Shown here piece by piece: positions 34,301 to 44,029 of a stretch of 64,000 nt of DNA. The first letter of the stretch is position 1; each line of letters starts with the position of its first letter. Both the position numbers and the translations under genes were made by a program. Location of the stretch: assembly GCA_000004985.1 (NCBI GenBank), contig GG738849.1, one strand, 5' to 3'. Under the pieces are notes generated by a model. The model was not told where the DNA came from, ran no database searches, and saw only the letters and a list, made by a program, of their open reading frames with translations. Origin of the DNA: Naegleria gruberi. Lineage: Eukaryota.

Positions 34301-35426
34301 CCAACAATCCACCAAGACAGTGAGCAATATTGAACAATATTTTCATGACCAATACAGATTTTCTATTGAGGTCATCCATTTTCATTGTTACATCGGTTGG
34401 GCTGTTAGCACTATTTGCAACAACTGGTTCATAAGTTGTGTAGAATAGATCGCTAGTATTACTAAGATTAGAACTGGAATAGGTTCTTCTGGATAATTTG
34501 ATTTTTGGGGTAAATTTACAAAGGTTTGTCAAGAAGGCATCTCTTGGTGCTGATAATCCAGTAATTCCGCATGTATGAGTAAATAAGAGGTAGTTTCTCA
34601 AAATTGATTGAATATTTTCATCACCTTCACAAACCTCTAAGAGAATATACAATAAAGTTAATGTTGGCGCCCAAACAAGGTTTACAAATATTGAGCATAT
34701 TTTTTTCTTTTCCAAAGATTCTTCAGTATCTTCATCAACTTGGTTTTTCTTGATAGGACCAGTTGGTTTCTGAATACCTGACATGATACTCAGGGAAGTT
34801 ATTAATCCAGTGATACACTCTAAACAAGCACCAATTGATTCTCCAAGAGAAGGTGAATAGGTAGTCTTGTCAACTAGAATATCTAGTCTTGAAGTTTGTT
34901 TTTGTGTTAAATCAAAATTGCTTAACTTTGCAGATAAGCTACTGCTTCCTGTATTAATTGGTTGAGTATTCTTCTCGGCACTCATCGGGTCTGTTGGAGT
35001 ACCTGGAGTGGCTGATGTATTATAGTTGAGTAACTGTTGTACATAGGTAGTGACAGCACTAGAAAGTTTTGTAATAATATGTCCATCAATATTCAATTCA
35101 CCATTCTCAGATGATGAAGGTAGAGATTTATGAATATGAATCAATAATTCATAATCATAAAATATACTTTTCAACACTTCTAAAGCCAATACCTTGTTGC
35201 ATTGATTGGAAGATTTTTCAATAACATCTCGCAAGTGATCACAAATGACAAGAGTAAAAGTTTCAAAATGAAGAACCAAACCAAATGAATTGATTACAGA
35301 GCTTAAAAGCTTGTAAACTCGAAGCATTAAAGAAAAATTTGTAGAACTTCCATTAGAAATATTACTAATATTTGTCAATAAAAATGGTGTCATTCTTTGA
35401 CTGATGATATTCTTGAATAGATCAAA
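31353..35426 (-). CDS. MON2: MON2 homolog, exon 4 (main body)
   Basis: A 48-nt intron spans 35427..35474 with acceptor CTTACAG. Conserved blocks match MON2: SAPRDAFLTNLCKF, NIAHCLGGLLGSSWYLLL, RPDVRNSSLKILSFV, HHTRNTAAKQWSETRAL and RSGNCPLP. Confidence 0.8.
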   Translation of the reverse strand, partial: FDLFKNIISQRMTPFLLTNISNISNGSSTNFSLMLRVYKLLSSVINSFGLVLHFETFTLVICDHLRDVIEKSSNQCNKVLALEVLKSIFYDYELLIHIHKSLPSSSENGELNIDGHIITKLSSAVTTYVQQLLNYNTSATPGTPTDPMSAEKNTQPINTGSSSLSAKLSNFDLTQKQTSRLDILVDKTTYSPSLGESIGACLECITGLITSLSIMSGIQKPTGPIKKNQVDEDTEESLEKKKICSIFVNLVWAPTLTLLYILLEVCEGDENIQSILRNYLLFTHTCGITGLSAPRDAFLTNLCKFTPKIKLSRRTYSSSNLSNTSDLFYTTYEPVVANSANSPTDVTMKMDDLNRKSVLVMKILFNIAHCLGGLLGSSWYLLLKNFLVIDKLLNQRMPFTSAPESEQEDLNILFAALQNLFMSTSHLSDESVLVMLKSLCRLSQDTTNNALLGESRLFAAQKILETVQVNMNRVEKTWPLFSSHILWLVENENEHTRKSSINFVYEVIISMYRPENNKYSVRFGNKDGELESNEIVSPDLERIVFTIFMDIFQSSCDYMETREQLLTTLNSLIGKCGHKLTTAWTVLLPLLKECAALPTSKKKSANSTVNRAKLIPLGFKCVQSIASKEYLPTLGFECLTEFFTVISAYVKQRDASDLNLSFVAINLFMSSAEFLTDRYPKVKNQDTYKDDKEAGENEGDLSRVDELWLTLYEQLREATVDSRPDVRNSSLKILSFVMVSQGDQLIKKTWEKCISDILLKILDMTHEAATSAETSLEDFELPTAGKDAQIESDDSKKKKKQIVVHHTRNTAAKQWSETRALVIDFVSRVVCEHGKTILSEIPLFVDKACNDITLFIHKSVLSKTSEIAMTAVKNLYDMISCTRGKIKQNLWKGAWEIWHTLADFSKYVTNDKKESFVNVDTITQLLDGIGKLYEQQQNGGESIFTQEDIRNVINYLIDQFLVCPAAVNVIIFPSAVQRSCMDLVCKISSFSDETREYIFDILSNHLPSKNSIRKGQIETPVKYAVLLQKTLLECCCLQAPTAVRQKLFKQTIQLLGDMIQTKFVKQSNQKSYFLWKSSIKGLENVVKACVISPEDSFVKDVDEETWKDLCIAIEEFLFHESYIESTDEDEEYEDSSSEEDNAETEEETDESILLTELISKFVLVHIDATTVKKRLLMILEKATHLAPKKVAKHSLKTLFYFVSNATQKLENVSSKEEDLTETERNEVDLGRFVLPILFKRCKSILNQFIQDDKRSGNCPLPKHRRQELYNTLIELKSIRVNPLLYSELNKLSELSENQSLALNGYQGLVVRLFPVLCEFISYNSNKESISAVLLEMFKIVSKELGIGEAHLLIDSDE

Positions 35427-35474
35427 CTGTAAGACAAAGTATTAATTAAATAATAAATAATTAATTGTACTTAC

Positions 35475-35942
35475 TGTTGTAAAATATTTTCCATAATGTG
35501 ACAGTACTGAATCAACCAATTCAAGAATAAAATTAATATCTATATTTGAAATTCCAAGCCATTCCCCTGTTTCACCTTGAATAGTAGCACAAAGATCATT
35601 AAAATACAAAAATGCATTCTTGAATTGATTAGATTCCTCATCAATGGATCTTTCCAATTCTTCATTAGTCTCTGGATTAATTTTAGGTTTTAAAAATTCA
35701 AAAATTGATATTGTAGCTTGACGAAGAGTGGCTTTAGCAGTCATGTCAACATTTAAACTTTTAGATCCTTCCAGTGAATAGCATAATTTTAACAATTTTG
35801 AGAGTGTAATTTGATTAAGTTCATAACCCTCTCGTGCAGTGAAAATTGCCAAGACTAACTGAAGAATTTTAAGTTGCACATTTTCCTCTGTTGTGTGTTG
35901 TCCTAATCGACTGACTGTTTCTACAATAATATTCAATCCAGC
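35475..35942 (-). CDS. MON2: MON2 homolog, exon 3
   Basis: A 43-nt intron spans 35943..35985 with acceptor CATCAG. The phase-0 exon begins AGLNIIVETVSRLG. The GTAAGT donor is at 35474..35469. Confidence 0.65.
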
Positions 35943-35985
35943 CTGATGGTGATTGTTCGGAATTTGTGAAAAGCAATAAACCTAC

Positions 35986-36113
35986 CTCGGGTACAGCACC
36001 ATATAGTAAAAGTTGATGAAGTGAAGATAGAGCAGTCACTATTAATTTTGTTGTTTTGCTTTCGCAAGCTATAAGAAATGGTTTAACAATATCCTCATTA
36101 TTTCCTTTAATCA
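35986..36113 (-). CDS. MON2: MON2 homolog, exon 2
   Basis: An 86-nt intron spans 36114..36199 with acceptor TTTAG. NNEDIVKPFLIACESKTTKLIVTALSSLHQLLLYGAVPE matches [33 protein letters not shown]. The GTAGGT donor is at 35985..35980. Confidence 0.65.
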
Positions 36114-36199
36114 CTAAATAATAATAACAATAAATTCCGAAGATATTTTCCATCATCAAAATATTCACTTTAATCCACAAAATAAAACAGACCACATAC

Positions 36200-36371
36200 A
36201 CTGAATAACTTGATCAGATGAAATACCTTGCTCTTCCATCTTTTCTTGTATCGATCTTAGTTGTCTGACACCACGATCAGCAGCATCTTTGATTGCCGGA
36301 AACTTCTTCTGTTGTGCTTCCACAGATAAAGATCTCAACTCACTCTGTAGTACCTTGAGAAGAGAACTCAT
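36200..36371 (-). CDS. MON2: MON2 (Golgi/endosome ArfGEF-like scaffold) homolog, exon 1
   Basis: MSSLLKVLQSELRSLSVEAQQKKFPAIKDAADRG matches the MON2 N-terminus ([29 protein letters not shown]). The GTATGT donor is at 36199..36194. Confidence 0.65.
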
Positions 36372-36574
36372 TTTTTGATTAAAAAAAAGAGCTCGAAATA
36401 TTTAAATTGATGATATTATTAATACATTACTCTGCTACCTGGTGATGAAAAATATTATGTAAATTTATGTAAATTGGTATTGATAATAATTTATTTGTGA
36501 TTTATGTGATTTAAATTGGATGATTTAAAAAATTGGCGTTACGTAGCTTGTTGGATTTATTTTAAATTGGTTTT

Positions 36575-37207
36575 TTGTATGTGATCGAAAATGGCGGGAA
36601 TCAAACTACAAAAAAATGCAAAAACATGAGAAGACAACCACCTTCGTCATCGCCCAATAGTAGTAAACCACAACAACAATCAACATCTGCAAATGTGCAA
36701 CAACAATCAAATAATATAGTTCCTAATGTAGCCGTCAGTGAAACTAGTAGACAACATCCATTTTTCTTGCAAGGAAAAGATGAGCCCATCCTTTCCGAAT
36801 CACTGCCTCCAAAAGTGAGAGGCCAATGCTTGGGAGAGATATTCCTATGCTTGCATTGCATCAAGTGGATTACATAATAATAATAATAATTTTGCAATTC
36901 ATCCAATTTGGTGGGGAAGTGATGACAGATCTGTGTCACTTATTCCATCCAGCAATGAATCAAACAGCAAGGAGGATAAATCCAAAATCTCTGTAAGATA
37001 TCCTGTGAAAACAACAGAGGATATATTTAGAATATACCTGTCGAGTATGTAGTATTCATGCAATTTCATTAATTTACACAATATTAGATTCAAAGATTTT
37101 ATCATTGGTGATTGTGGATTGTTCAAGCCAAAATATTATTGCTGAAGCAGCAGTACCAGTTATTCAAATTTCATCATCAAATGCTATTCAAAAAGAGTAA
37201 GTATCTC
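36575..37207 (+). CDS. Probable 5' exons of the multi-C2/IQ-motif protein gene (structure unresolved)
   Basis: A Q/S/N-rich ORF, probably starting at the Met at 36627 (MRRQPPSSSP), is followed by further open segments in other frames that are joinable by short introns. A GTAAGT donor at 37208 links into the downstream exon. One candidate intron is only 25 nt, so the model is uncertain. Confidence 0.3.
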
Positions 37208-37243
37208 AATATCATTTTCTGACCCTCAATAGATGGTTCAACG

Positions 37244-37709
37244 CTAAAAAAGGAAATGAAATTATTGCAAGTATTCAAGTGACAATAGCATTGGATTATT
37301 TTCTTCAAGTGACATCTTCTTCCCCTCAAAAACCTGCAAAAATTCAGAAAGAAATAGAAAGTGACTCAACAAGAGAAACAGAAAAGAAGCAAGAAAAGAA
37401 AGAACAGAAACCACAAGTACTGAAACACTACGATACAGATCCAGCAGAGGATGAAAAAACTGAAAAAGCTCCAAAAAAAACCGTATCAAAGACAGTAACA
37501 ATACGGGAGCCTTCAAGCAATAGCTTTGAACCAAAAAAGGTAACTGATCCAATTGACGATCTAATTCAGAATGCAAATATGCTAGAAAATGAAGTGAAAA
37601 AGTATTTATCAGAAAGCAATGTACCATTTTTCGATATACACTCTTTTAATAACAGAGAATCTACGGATGAAGTTCCCTTCTTCTTGAGGGATCAGGAGGA
37701 AGATGATAA
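37244..37709 (+). CDS. Multi-C2/IQ-motif protein, internal exon
   Basis: Acceptor CAATAG at 37242-37243 follows a 36-nt intron (37208..37243). The exon is K/E-rich. The GTAAGT donor is at 37710. Confidence 0.5.
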
Positions 37710-37751
37710 GTAAGTATTCTTAATTCATCTGAGCATTTTAATTCTTCAAAG

Positions 37752-38091
37752 TTTCTCTGCTTCCATATCAACGATTTCTCCACGAGCTAGTTTTGATGAA
37801 ACCCATCTCTCTGAGGAAGAGCCTGAGGAAGAAGAAACCCTTGCTCCTCCAAAAATTCCAATTCAACCTCCCCAACCTGTAATATACCACTTTTTCCAAT
37901 CACCTCCTCCTCAACCTCAATATCCAACCAAAAATAATTCACCTACCATTGCAGAGAGAAAGGTAAAATCACCTAAGGAAGAAAAATATACCCCTGCTGA
38001 GCCTAAACCAATAGCAAGTCAGGAAAATCCAGTCTTCAGACACCTCCACACTCACATTCATGTTGATGAAAAACCACCAGTTAAAACCAGA
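37752..38091 (+). CDS. Multi-C2/IQ-motif protein, internal Pro-rich exon
   Basis: A 42-nt intron spans 37710..37751 and contains an in-frame TAA. The exon continues the same frame (PPKIPIQPPQPVIY...). The GTAAGT donor is at 38092. Confidence 0.55.
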
Positions 38092-38133
38092 GTAAGTATA
38101 GATTTATTCGATTAACTGTATTAATAAGAATAG

Positions 38134-40959
38134 TTCAGTATAATGTTTCACATAATTTCTGCCAAGCTAACCAAACGAATAGAAGAAAAGGATAACTGTA
38201 GAATCAAGGTGGATTTTAAACTCCCTTTTGGAAAAGATAGAGGAAAGAGTTCCCAAAACATCATAGTTACCTTCGATGAAGATGTTCGAGTCAACACGTA
38301 TGAGATATTTTCCTTCTCCAACCAAAATGTATTTCTCCCAAAGTTTAGAGATTGTTGTATGGTTATTGAAATATTTGACAATTTCAACAATTTTCTTGGA
38401 CTCAATCTTCTCAATCTTAATATTTTCTATGAGGCATTTTCTTTTGAAAAAAATTCTCAGTACATGTTTCCAAATAAGGAGGAACCAGTGATTGGACATT
38501 ATGGAGCATTTTCATGTAGCAATCCTGTTTCGGATGAAGTGATTTTGGAAATGAATTGCGTGCTGGCATTCGGTACAGAGTTCCAGGTCAAGGGATTCCT
38601 CAATTATCAGAGAGCTGCAATGACGATTCAGAATTTCGTAAGGTCTTCCCTCTCAAAATCCAGAGATAAACATCCTGAAGAAAGAGACATGATAGAAGAT
38701 AACAAACGCTTTAAACCAAGACCAAATGATGAAATCGAACAACCACGAGAAGAATACGAAGAAGAGGAACAGTATCACGAAGAAGATCAATACCCTATTA
38801 CCGAAAGCCAAGATATTGTTCATCCTATCTCTAAACCAAGTTCTCGAAATCACCAAGGTCAACAACAACCTGTTAATATACCAAAATGTATACCTCTTCC
38901 TGTGTTGTCATGTTTGACGGTGAGAATCAATAGAGCAACTGGATTGAAAGAGGCTGCCATTAAAGTGGGCTCATACAATTCACACCTTAGAGCAGCATCA
39001 CAAATTGGTGTGAATCCATTCATTGAGTTTGACAATATTAGTGGAGGTAAACCCATTCAAACACCAATATTAGCCAAAACATTTTGTCCAGTGTGGGACT
39101 TTGAGCATACTTTTGAGATATTTATTGATGAGTCAATGTTCCATACTTTGAATCATGATGAGATCATTTTCAAAGTTTTCCATAGAATTCCTCAATCTAG
39201 GATTGTCAGTCCCAATACCCCAACAGTAATTCAACTTGGAACAGTTGCGATACCTTTAAAGTATCTATTGAAATGTAAGAATGGTATTTCAGGTTGGTTT
39301 GATGTTTATGCACAAGATGAATCCATTGTTGGTACTGTAGATATTAGTATGACCTTTGATGAGAATACTGTTAACAACCTGTTTTTGAAAGAGCCTAATT
39401 CCAAAGTGGTTCAATCAAACAAACCTTCCCATTCCATTTGCAGGTTTACTATTGTCATTGAAGAAGTGAATATACCAACAGAGGTTACAGAGAGTCTAGT
39501 GCCATTTTACATGTCAGAACAAGAGCAACCAATACCTTGCTTTTTCTTTTTATCTTACAGATTGTTGGGAGAAGATTCTGTCATTGATAGCAGGCTGTAT
39601 AAATCTTCAACTAATGTTTCAAAGACAATACTACATCATACTACAGAGTTTAAGAAGGTTATTGACTCCAAGTTCAAGAAGTTGGTAGAAAAGGAAAAGA
39701 TGACAATACAAATTTATTGCTCTATTGATAACGGAAAACCAGCAGACGAGCAAACCATTAGGAAAAGAGCCAAACTCATTGGTTGTGTCTATATTGACTT
39801 GAAAAAGTTGTTTGAAAAGGGAAATCAAAAAACAGCCTATATAAGTGGAATTTACAATATTATTAACACTGAATCGGATAATCTCAATAATGGAAATGTT
39901 AAAATCAAACTAGGATGTGAAAAGATCAATTTTGGAGAACACCAACAAAAGATCAGAGAAAGCCTCATTCTCAACAGTAATAACTTTAAAAATATTGGTG
40001 TTCAAGCCAATACGAGCTTTTCTCTTCAATCTGAAGATGACTCTCAATTTATAGAGCAAATGGAGGAGCCAGAAGTTACTATGGATGAAAAAGCTCTGAA
40101 AATAACAGAAGAGTACTTGAAGGTTCAAAGCACTTCAAGAAAGAGAGTCAAGGTTCAAACAACATTCTCTCCTAATCAATCTGTAATAGAAGAACCAGAG
40201 GTCAATAGTCCAGTAATTCCCTCCAAGGCACCTTTGAACTATCTCAACATTAACATTGAAGAGGCTAATTTACCAAAAATTTATGGATATCATGGTGTAA
40301 AACCAAGGAATCCATACTCTTTTGTGAGACTTGTTCATCCAACTGGAGATTTGGAAAAGAGAGAGTACAGAACCAGATCAATTGAAAATGAGTGCAATCC
40401 CCACTGGGATGAATACTTACAACTTCCAATATTTTCTCAAATTGAAAATCTTTCCCTTCAAGTTTTCAGCAAGGACGAAAGCAAAGATTACTTGATAGGT
40501 ATTTCTAATATTGATCTATCTGGTCTGTGGTATGGTCTGAAAAAAATAGATGGTTGGTATCATATTGAAGACGCTGAAAAGTCGAAAATTGTTGGACAAA
40601 TCAAGATTAGTATTTCACCCGAGTTGTCTGTAAACAAAATTTCATCTCCCCAACTAGTGTTCAATAGCATTTCCATTCCAGAGGTTGACTATAAGGCATC
40701 TCTAGGAAGAAGTTTTGATAGACACTTACACTCCCTTATTAATAAGAATCAACCTTCTCCAAGCAATGGTGATTATAATACTCCTTCGGCTGGTGCATCA
40801 ACGCCAATCATTGAAGATAATATTAGCAATAAGGAAGATACTGACATAAGGGAAATCCCTGCATCCTTATACTCTAGCATGAATAGCGTAAATTTGGAAC
40901 GCGAAAAAGAAAAACTGAAAAATCACTTGCTTGACCTAGAAAACTTGTTGAATAAATGA
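38134..40959 (+). CDS. Multi-C2/IQ-motif protein, last exon (IQ motif plus at least two C2 domains)
   Basis: A 42-nt intron spans 38092..38133 and contains in-frame stops. The IQ-like motif is AAMTIQNFVRSSLSKSR. A C2-like block is LTVRINRATGLKEAAIKVGSYNSHLRAASQIGVNPFIEFDN...FCPVWDFEHTFEIFID. A second C2-like block is LNINIEEANLPKI...NPYSFVRLVHPTG...RTRSIENECNPHWDEYLQLPIF. Confidence 0.6.
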   Translation, partial: FSIMFHIISAKLTKRIEEKDNCRIKVDFKLPFGKDRGKSSQNIIVTFDEDVRVNTYEIFSFSNQNVFLPKFRDCCMVIEIFDNFNNFLGLNLLNLNIFYEAFSFEKNSQYMFPNKEEPVIGHYGAFSCSNPVSDEVILEMNCVLAFGTEFQVKGFLNYQRAAMTIQNFVRSSLSKSRDKHPEERDMIEDNKRFKPRPNDEIEQPREEYEEEEQYHEEDQYPITESQDIVHPISKPSSRNHQGQQQPVNIPKCIPLPVLSCLTVRINRATGLKEAAIKVGSYNSHLRAASQIGVNPFIEFDNISGGKPIQTPILAKTFCPVWDFEHTFEIFIDESMFHTLNHDEIIFKVFHRIPQSRIVSPNTPTVIQLGTVAIPLKYLLKCKNGISGWFDVYAQDESIVGTVDISMTFDENTVNNLFLKEPNSKVVQSNKPSHSICRFTIVIEEVNIPTEVTESLVPFYMSEQEQPIPCFFFLSYRLLGEDSVIDSRLYKSSTNVSKTILHHTTEFKKVIDSKFKKLVEKEKMTIQIYCSIDNGKPADEQTIRKRAKLIGCVYIDLKKLFEKGNQKTAYISGIYNIINTESDNLNNGNVKIKLGCEKINFGEHQQKIRESLILNSNNFKNIGVQANTSFSLQSEDDSQFIEQMEEPEVTMDEKALKITEEYLKVQSTSRKRVKVQTTFSPNQSVIEEPEVNSPVIPSKAPLNYLNINIEEANLPKIYGYHGVKPRNPYSFVRLVHPTGDLEKREYRTRSIENECNPHWDEYLQLPIFSQIENLSLQVFSKDESKDYLIGISNIDLSGLWYGLKKIDGWYHIEDAEKSKIVGQIKISISPELSVNKISSPQLVFNSISIPEVDYKASLGRSFDRHLHSLINKNQPSPSNGDYNTPSAGASTPIIEDNISNKEDTDIREIPASLYSSMNSVNLEREKEKLKNHLLDLENLLNK

Positions 40960-40960
40960 T

Positions 40961-41800
40961 TTATTTTGAGAAAATTAATCTAAGAATGTAAAAAACGAAT
41001 AAGAGAATGATAATGGCAGCCAAGTGCAACATGTATGGATACTTGAATTGATACAAATCATACAAATGTTTGAGGTAATGTACAATGACCTTTCCAGAAA
41101 GTTTGCTAAACCCGTGCAATCTAACACCAAAAGCAAAGGCATGTTCAGCATGCTTTTTAACACCAGCCTTAGCATATAACTCGAGGGCAATCTTAAAACC
41201 AATTGGGTTAACAGAATTCAAAAGAGCTCTTTGATAAACTGATTTTGGTAAAGCGAAAAATCCAGACATTGGGTCAGAAAGTGGAGTAAGTGGTCTAGCC
41301 AAAGATCTAGCACCCTTTGAAATGATTTGACGATAGAGTGGCCAATTACTATCAACACTCATAGATCCACTTCCATATCTTGTTCCTAAAACGAATTCTA
41401 CTGCATTATCCTTAAATAAATATTGGAACATTTTTGGTACATCTTCAGGTGGATGTTGAAGATCTGCATCCATACACATCAAATATTGACCCTTTCCTTC
41501 ATCAAATCCTCTCAAGACAGCACTACTCAAACCCTTTTCATTGGTTCTTACAATAATTCTCAAGTTTGGATATTTAGTTTTATCCTTTGCCAATTCATTA
41601 ATAATATCATCACTTCCGTCCTTTGAATTATCATCAACAACGATCACTTCAGTATTACTTCTGATGAGTTTTTGTTGATCAAGAGTTTTAATTTCTTGTG
41701 TTTCCACAGCATCATAAATACGAGTGACCAATTCCTTCAAGTTGGCAGCTTCTTTAAAGGCTGGAATAACAATAGTAACGAGCACACTGCTTGAGGACAT
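40961..41800 (-). CDS. DPM1: Dolichol-phosphate mannosyltransferase, yeast-type with C-terminal TM anchor
   Basis: Near-collinear with fungal Dpm1: VIVVDDNSKDGS, IIVRTNEKGLSSAVLRGF, MCMDADLQHPPE, GFKIALEL, FSKLSGKVI, and a C-terminal hydrophobic helix. Confidence 0.85.
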   Translation of the reverse strand: MSSSSVLVTIVIPAFKEAANLKELVTRIYDAVETQEIKTLDQQKLIRSNTEVIVVDDNSKDGSDDIINELAKDKTKYPNLRIIVRTNEKGLSSAVLRGFDEGKGQYLMCMDADLQHPPEDVPKMFQYLFKDNAVEFVLGTRYGSGSMSVDSNWPLYRQIISKGARSLARPLTPLSDPMSGFFALPKSVYQRALLNSVNPIGFKIALELYAKAGVKKHAEHAFAFGVRLHGFSKLSGKVIVHYLKHLYDLYQFKYPYMLHLAAIIILLFVFYILRLIFSK

Positions 41801-42097
41801 TCTCCGATAACAATATTAAAAGAAAATAAATTGTTGATGAATAAAAGTAAAGCCTTGGCGATTCAAAGCTTGCTTAATTTTTTTTTGAAAGAAGAGGAAG
41901 ATTAAAGTGCGTGAACAGGAAACACGTGTTAGTGGTTAATGTTGGTTTGTAGATCTTTTGATAAGTGGGAAAAAACAATTATGAGTGTTGTTGTTCAGCA
42001 CTCACTTTACAAAGAAGTATTAGCTGCTCTCTTGTTCAATCAATTTCCAATCAGTGCTCTTTTACTATCGAAATGGACACAAGAGATTGTTTAAAAA

Positions 42098-42616
42098 ATG
42101 AAGAGGGTTTTGGTTACGGCAGCTTCATCATCGAGGAGGACGTCCCTATTAGTAGTGCCCTCATCATCATTATTGAAAATTGGAATTTCGAATAAATGTC
42201 CTTCTCAACAAATAGTACAATTATTGAACAAAACAAGTGGCACAGTGCTATCATCAAAATATTTTCACAATAATTTATCGGAAACATCTTCGATCAAGAA
42301 GAAGAATTTCCTCTCCTATCCTTCTTCATCTTCAATAACATCATTACGTAATTTTTCCAAGAGAAATCCAATCACTTCATCTCCAAATTCTTCCTCCGAA
42401 CAACAAGGTCAAGAGTATGATCCACAAAAAATCAGTAGAAATGCTGTTGTGAAAGCCATTGCTGGTAACGCCTTCATTACTGGTATCAAATTTATGGCTT
42501 ATCTTTCCTCTGGAAGTGCAACCATGTTGGCTGAAACTTGCCACTCTCTCATCGACTCTTTAAATCAAGGATTATTATTTCTGGGTATTAAACAATCATC
42601 AAGAACTCCGGATCAG
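42098..42616 (+). CDS. Cation diffusion facilitator (mitochondrial MMT1/MMT2-like metal transporter), exon 1
   Basis: The N-terminus is an R/S-rich presequence-like region. HSLIDSLNQ is present (CDF HxxxD site). The GTAGGT donor is at 42617. Confidence 0.6.
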
Positions 42617-42697
42617 GTAGGTATCTTTACCATAATATTTATTATTATTTACTATTAATTTATTATTAACTTATATTACTGATGGACTTGATAAAAG

Positions 42698-43708
42698 AAA
42701 TATCAATATGGATACGGAAGAGCTCGTTACTTTTATTCACTAGTTAGTGCATTGGGTATTTTCTGGGTAGGCAGTTTTTCCGTCATGTATAATGGAATTC
42801 AAACTTTGATACATCCAATTACAGAAAGTTTTACATCAAATAATGTAGCTACTGAGCACTCTTTGACAGAGTCGATAGCTGCCTCTCATCATCATTTAAT
42901 TGACAAGGAGTCTTGGTCTTATTCACTATTATCAAATTTTATGCCAGATCAAATGGTCACTACAATGATTTGTAATTATGGTCTAGTCACACCAGTGGTA
43001 CTCTTTATTTCATTAATAATTGATGGAGGAGTTCTTTTGAGTGTAATCAAAGATTTGAAAGAAGAAAAACCAAAAGATATGGGAATATTGACCTACCTCA
43101 AAGGTATACAGGATCCTATGGTATTGGCTGTACTTCTTGAAGATTTGGCTGCCTGTTTGGGTGTTTTTATTGCCTTTGGTGGAATTGGCATGTCAGTGTA
43201 CACAAACAATCTTGTCTATGATACAGTTGCTTCATTGGCTATTGGTGGTTTATTAGGAGTCGTCTCTCTTTCCCTCATCGAACTTAACAAGAATTATTTA
43301 ATTGGTAGAAGTATTGATAGTAAGACCGAAGCTAGAGTTAGAGAAATTCTAATGAGAAGGGAGTCGATTGAGGCTGTCTATGCAATTCAATCACAGTGGC
43401 TCAGTCCAACCAGTTTTAGTATTACTATTGAAGTTGATTTTAATGGTCACTATTTTTGTAAAGTACTCAAAGAGCTAGGATATGAAAAGGAGTTTATCAG
43501 AAAGGGTAAAGATGTTAAAGAACTTATGAAACTCCTCAACTGGTATACTGAAGATGTTACCAAGGCTATGGAGAGAGAAATTATTGACATTGAGGATGAT
43601 ATCAGAAGACAAATTCCAGAAGCAACATTTATAGAGTTAGAACCTAGTAGTAATTTGACAAATTTCAGAATTGTTGAATACTTGTTGAGCGATTCTAGAA
43701 GAGATTAA
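42698..43708 (+). CDS. CDF metal transporter, exon 2
   Basis: An 81-nt intron spans 42617..42697 with acceptor AAAAG. The exon begins KYQYGYGRARYFYSLVSALGIF (CDF signature), with a second HHHLIDKES site and a C-terminal cytoplasmic domain. Confidence 0.6.
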   Translation, partial: KYQYGYGRARYFYSLVSALGIFWVGSFSVMYNGIQTLIHPITESFTSNNVATEHSLTESIAASHHHLIDKESWSYSLLSNFMPDQMVTTMICNYGLVTPVVLFISLIIDGGVLLSVIKDLKEEKPKDMGILTYLKGIQDPMVLAVLLEDLAACLGVFIAFGGIGMSVYTNNLVYDTVASLAIGGLLGVVSLSLIELNKNYLIGRSIDSKTEARVREILMRRESIEAVYAIQSQWLSPTSFSITIEVDFNGHYFCKVLKELGYEKEFIRKGKDVKELMKLLNWYTEDVTKAMEREIIDIEDDIRRQIPEATFIELEPSSNLTNFRIVEYLLSDSRRD

Positions 43709-44029
43709 AAATTCTTAATGTATTATTAATACTGTATGGCTCAATCTCTTTCAAATACATTCAATGTGTTCTCAACAATATTTTGTAAAATGGTCTATTT
43801 TTGGCCAAGATGTTTGTTGCCTACATTGCACGTTTAAACTTCCAAGTCCTTTTGTTGATGATTGAAAAAGGTTACTCTATTGAGATGAAACAAAATTAAA
43901 AAAAACGCTTCTTCGTCTCCTGTTGAATCTGCTAATAAGAAACAATAACTTCCCGAAGAGAGCAAGTCTTTGTATATAACCGTGTTATTGTATTATATAA
44001 TATTTACTAGTATTATATTTTTGTAAATA

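Noticed and set aside
36993-37017. Candidate 25-nt intron (gtaagatatcctgtgaaaacaacag) in the 5' region of the C2/IQ gene
   Set aside because: It is much shorter than every other intron in the window (36 nt or more). It is more likely that the exon boundaries there differ, so the 5' structure is left unresolved.
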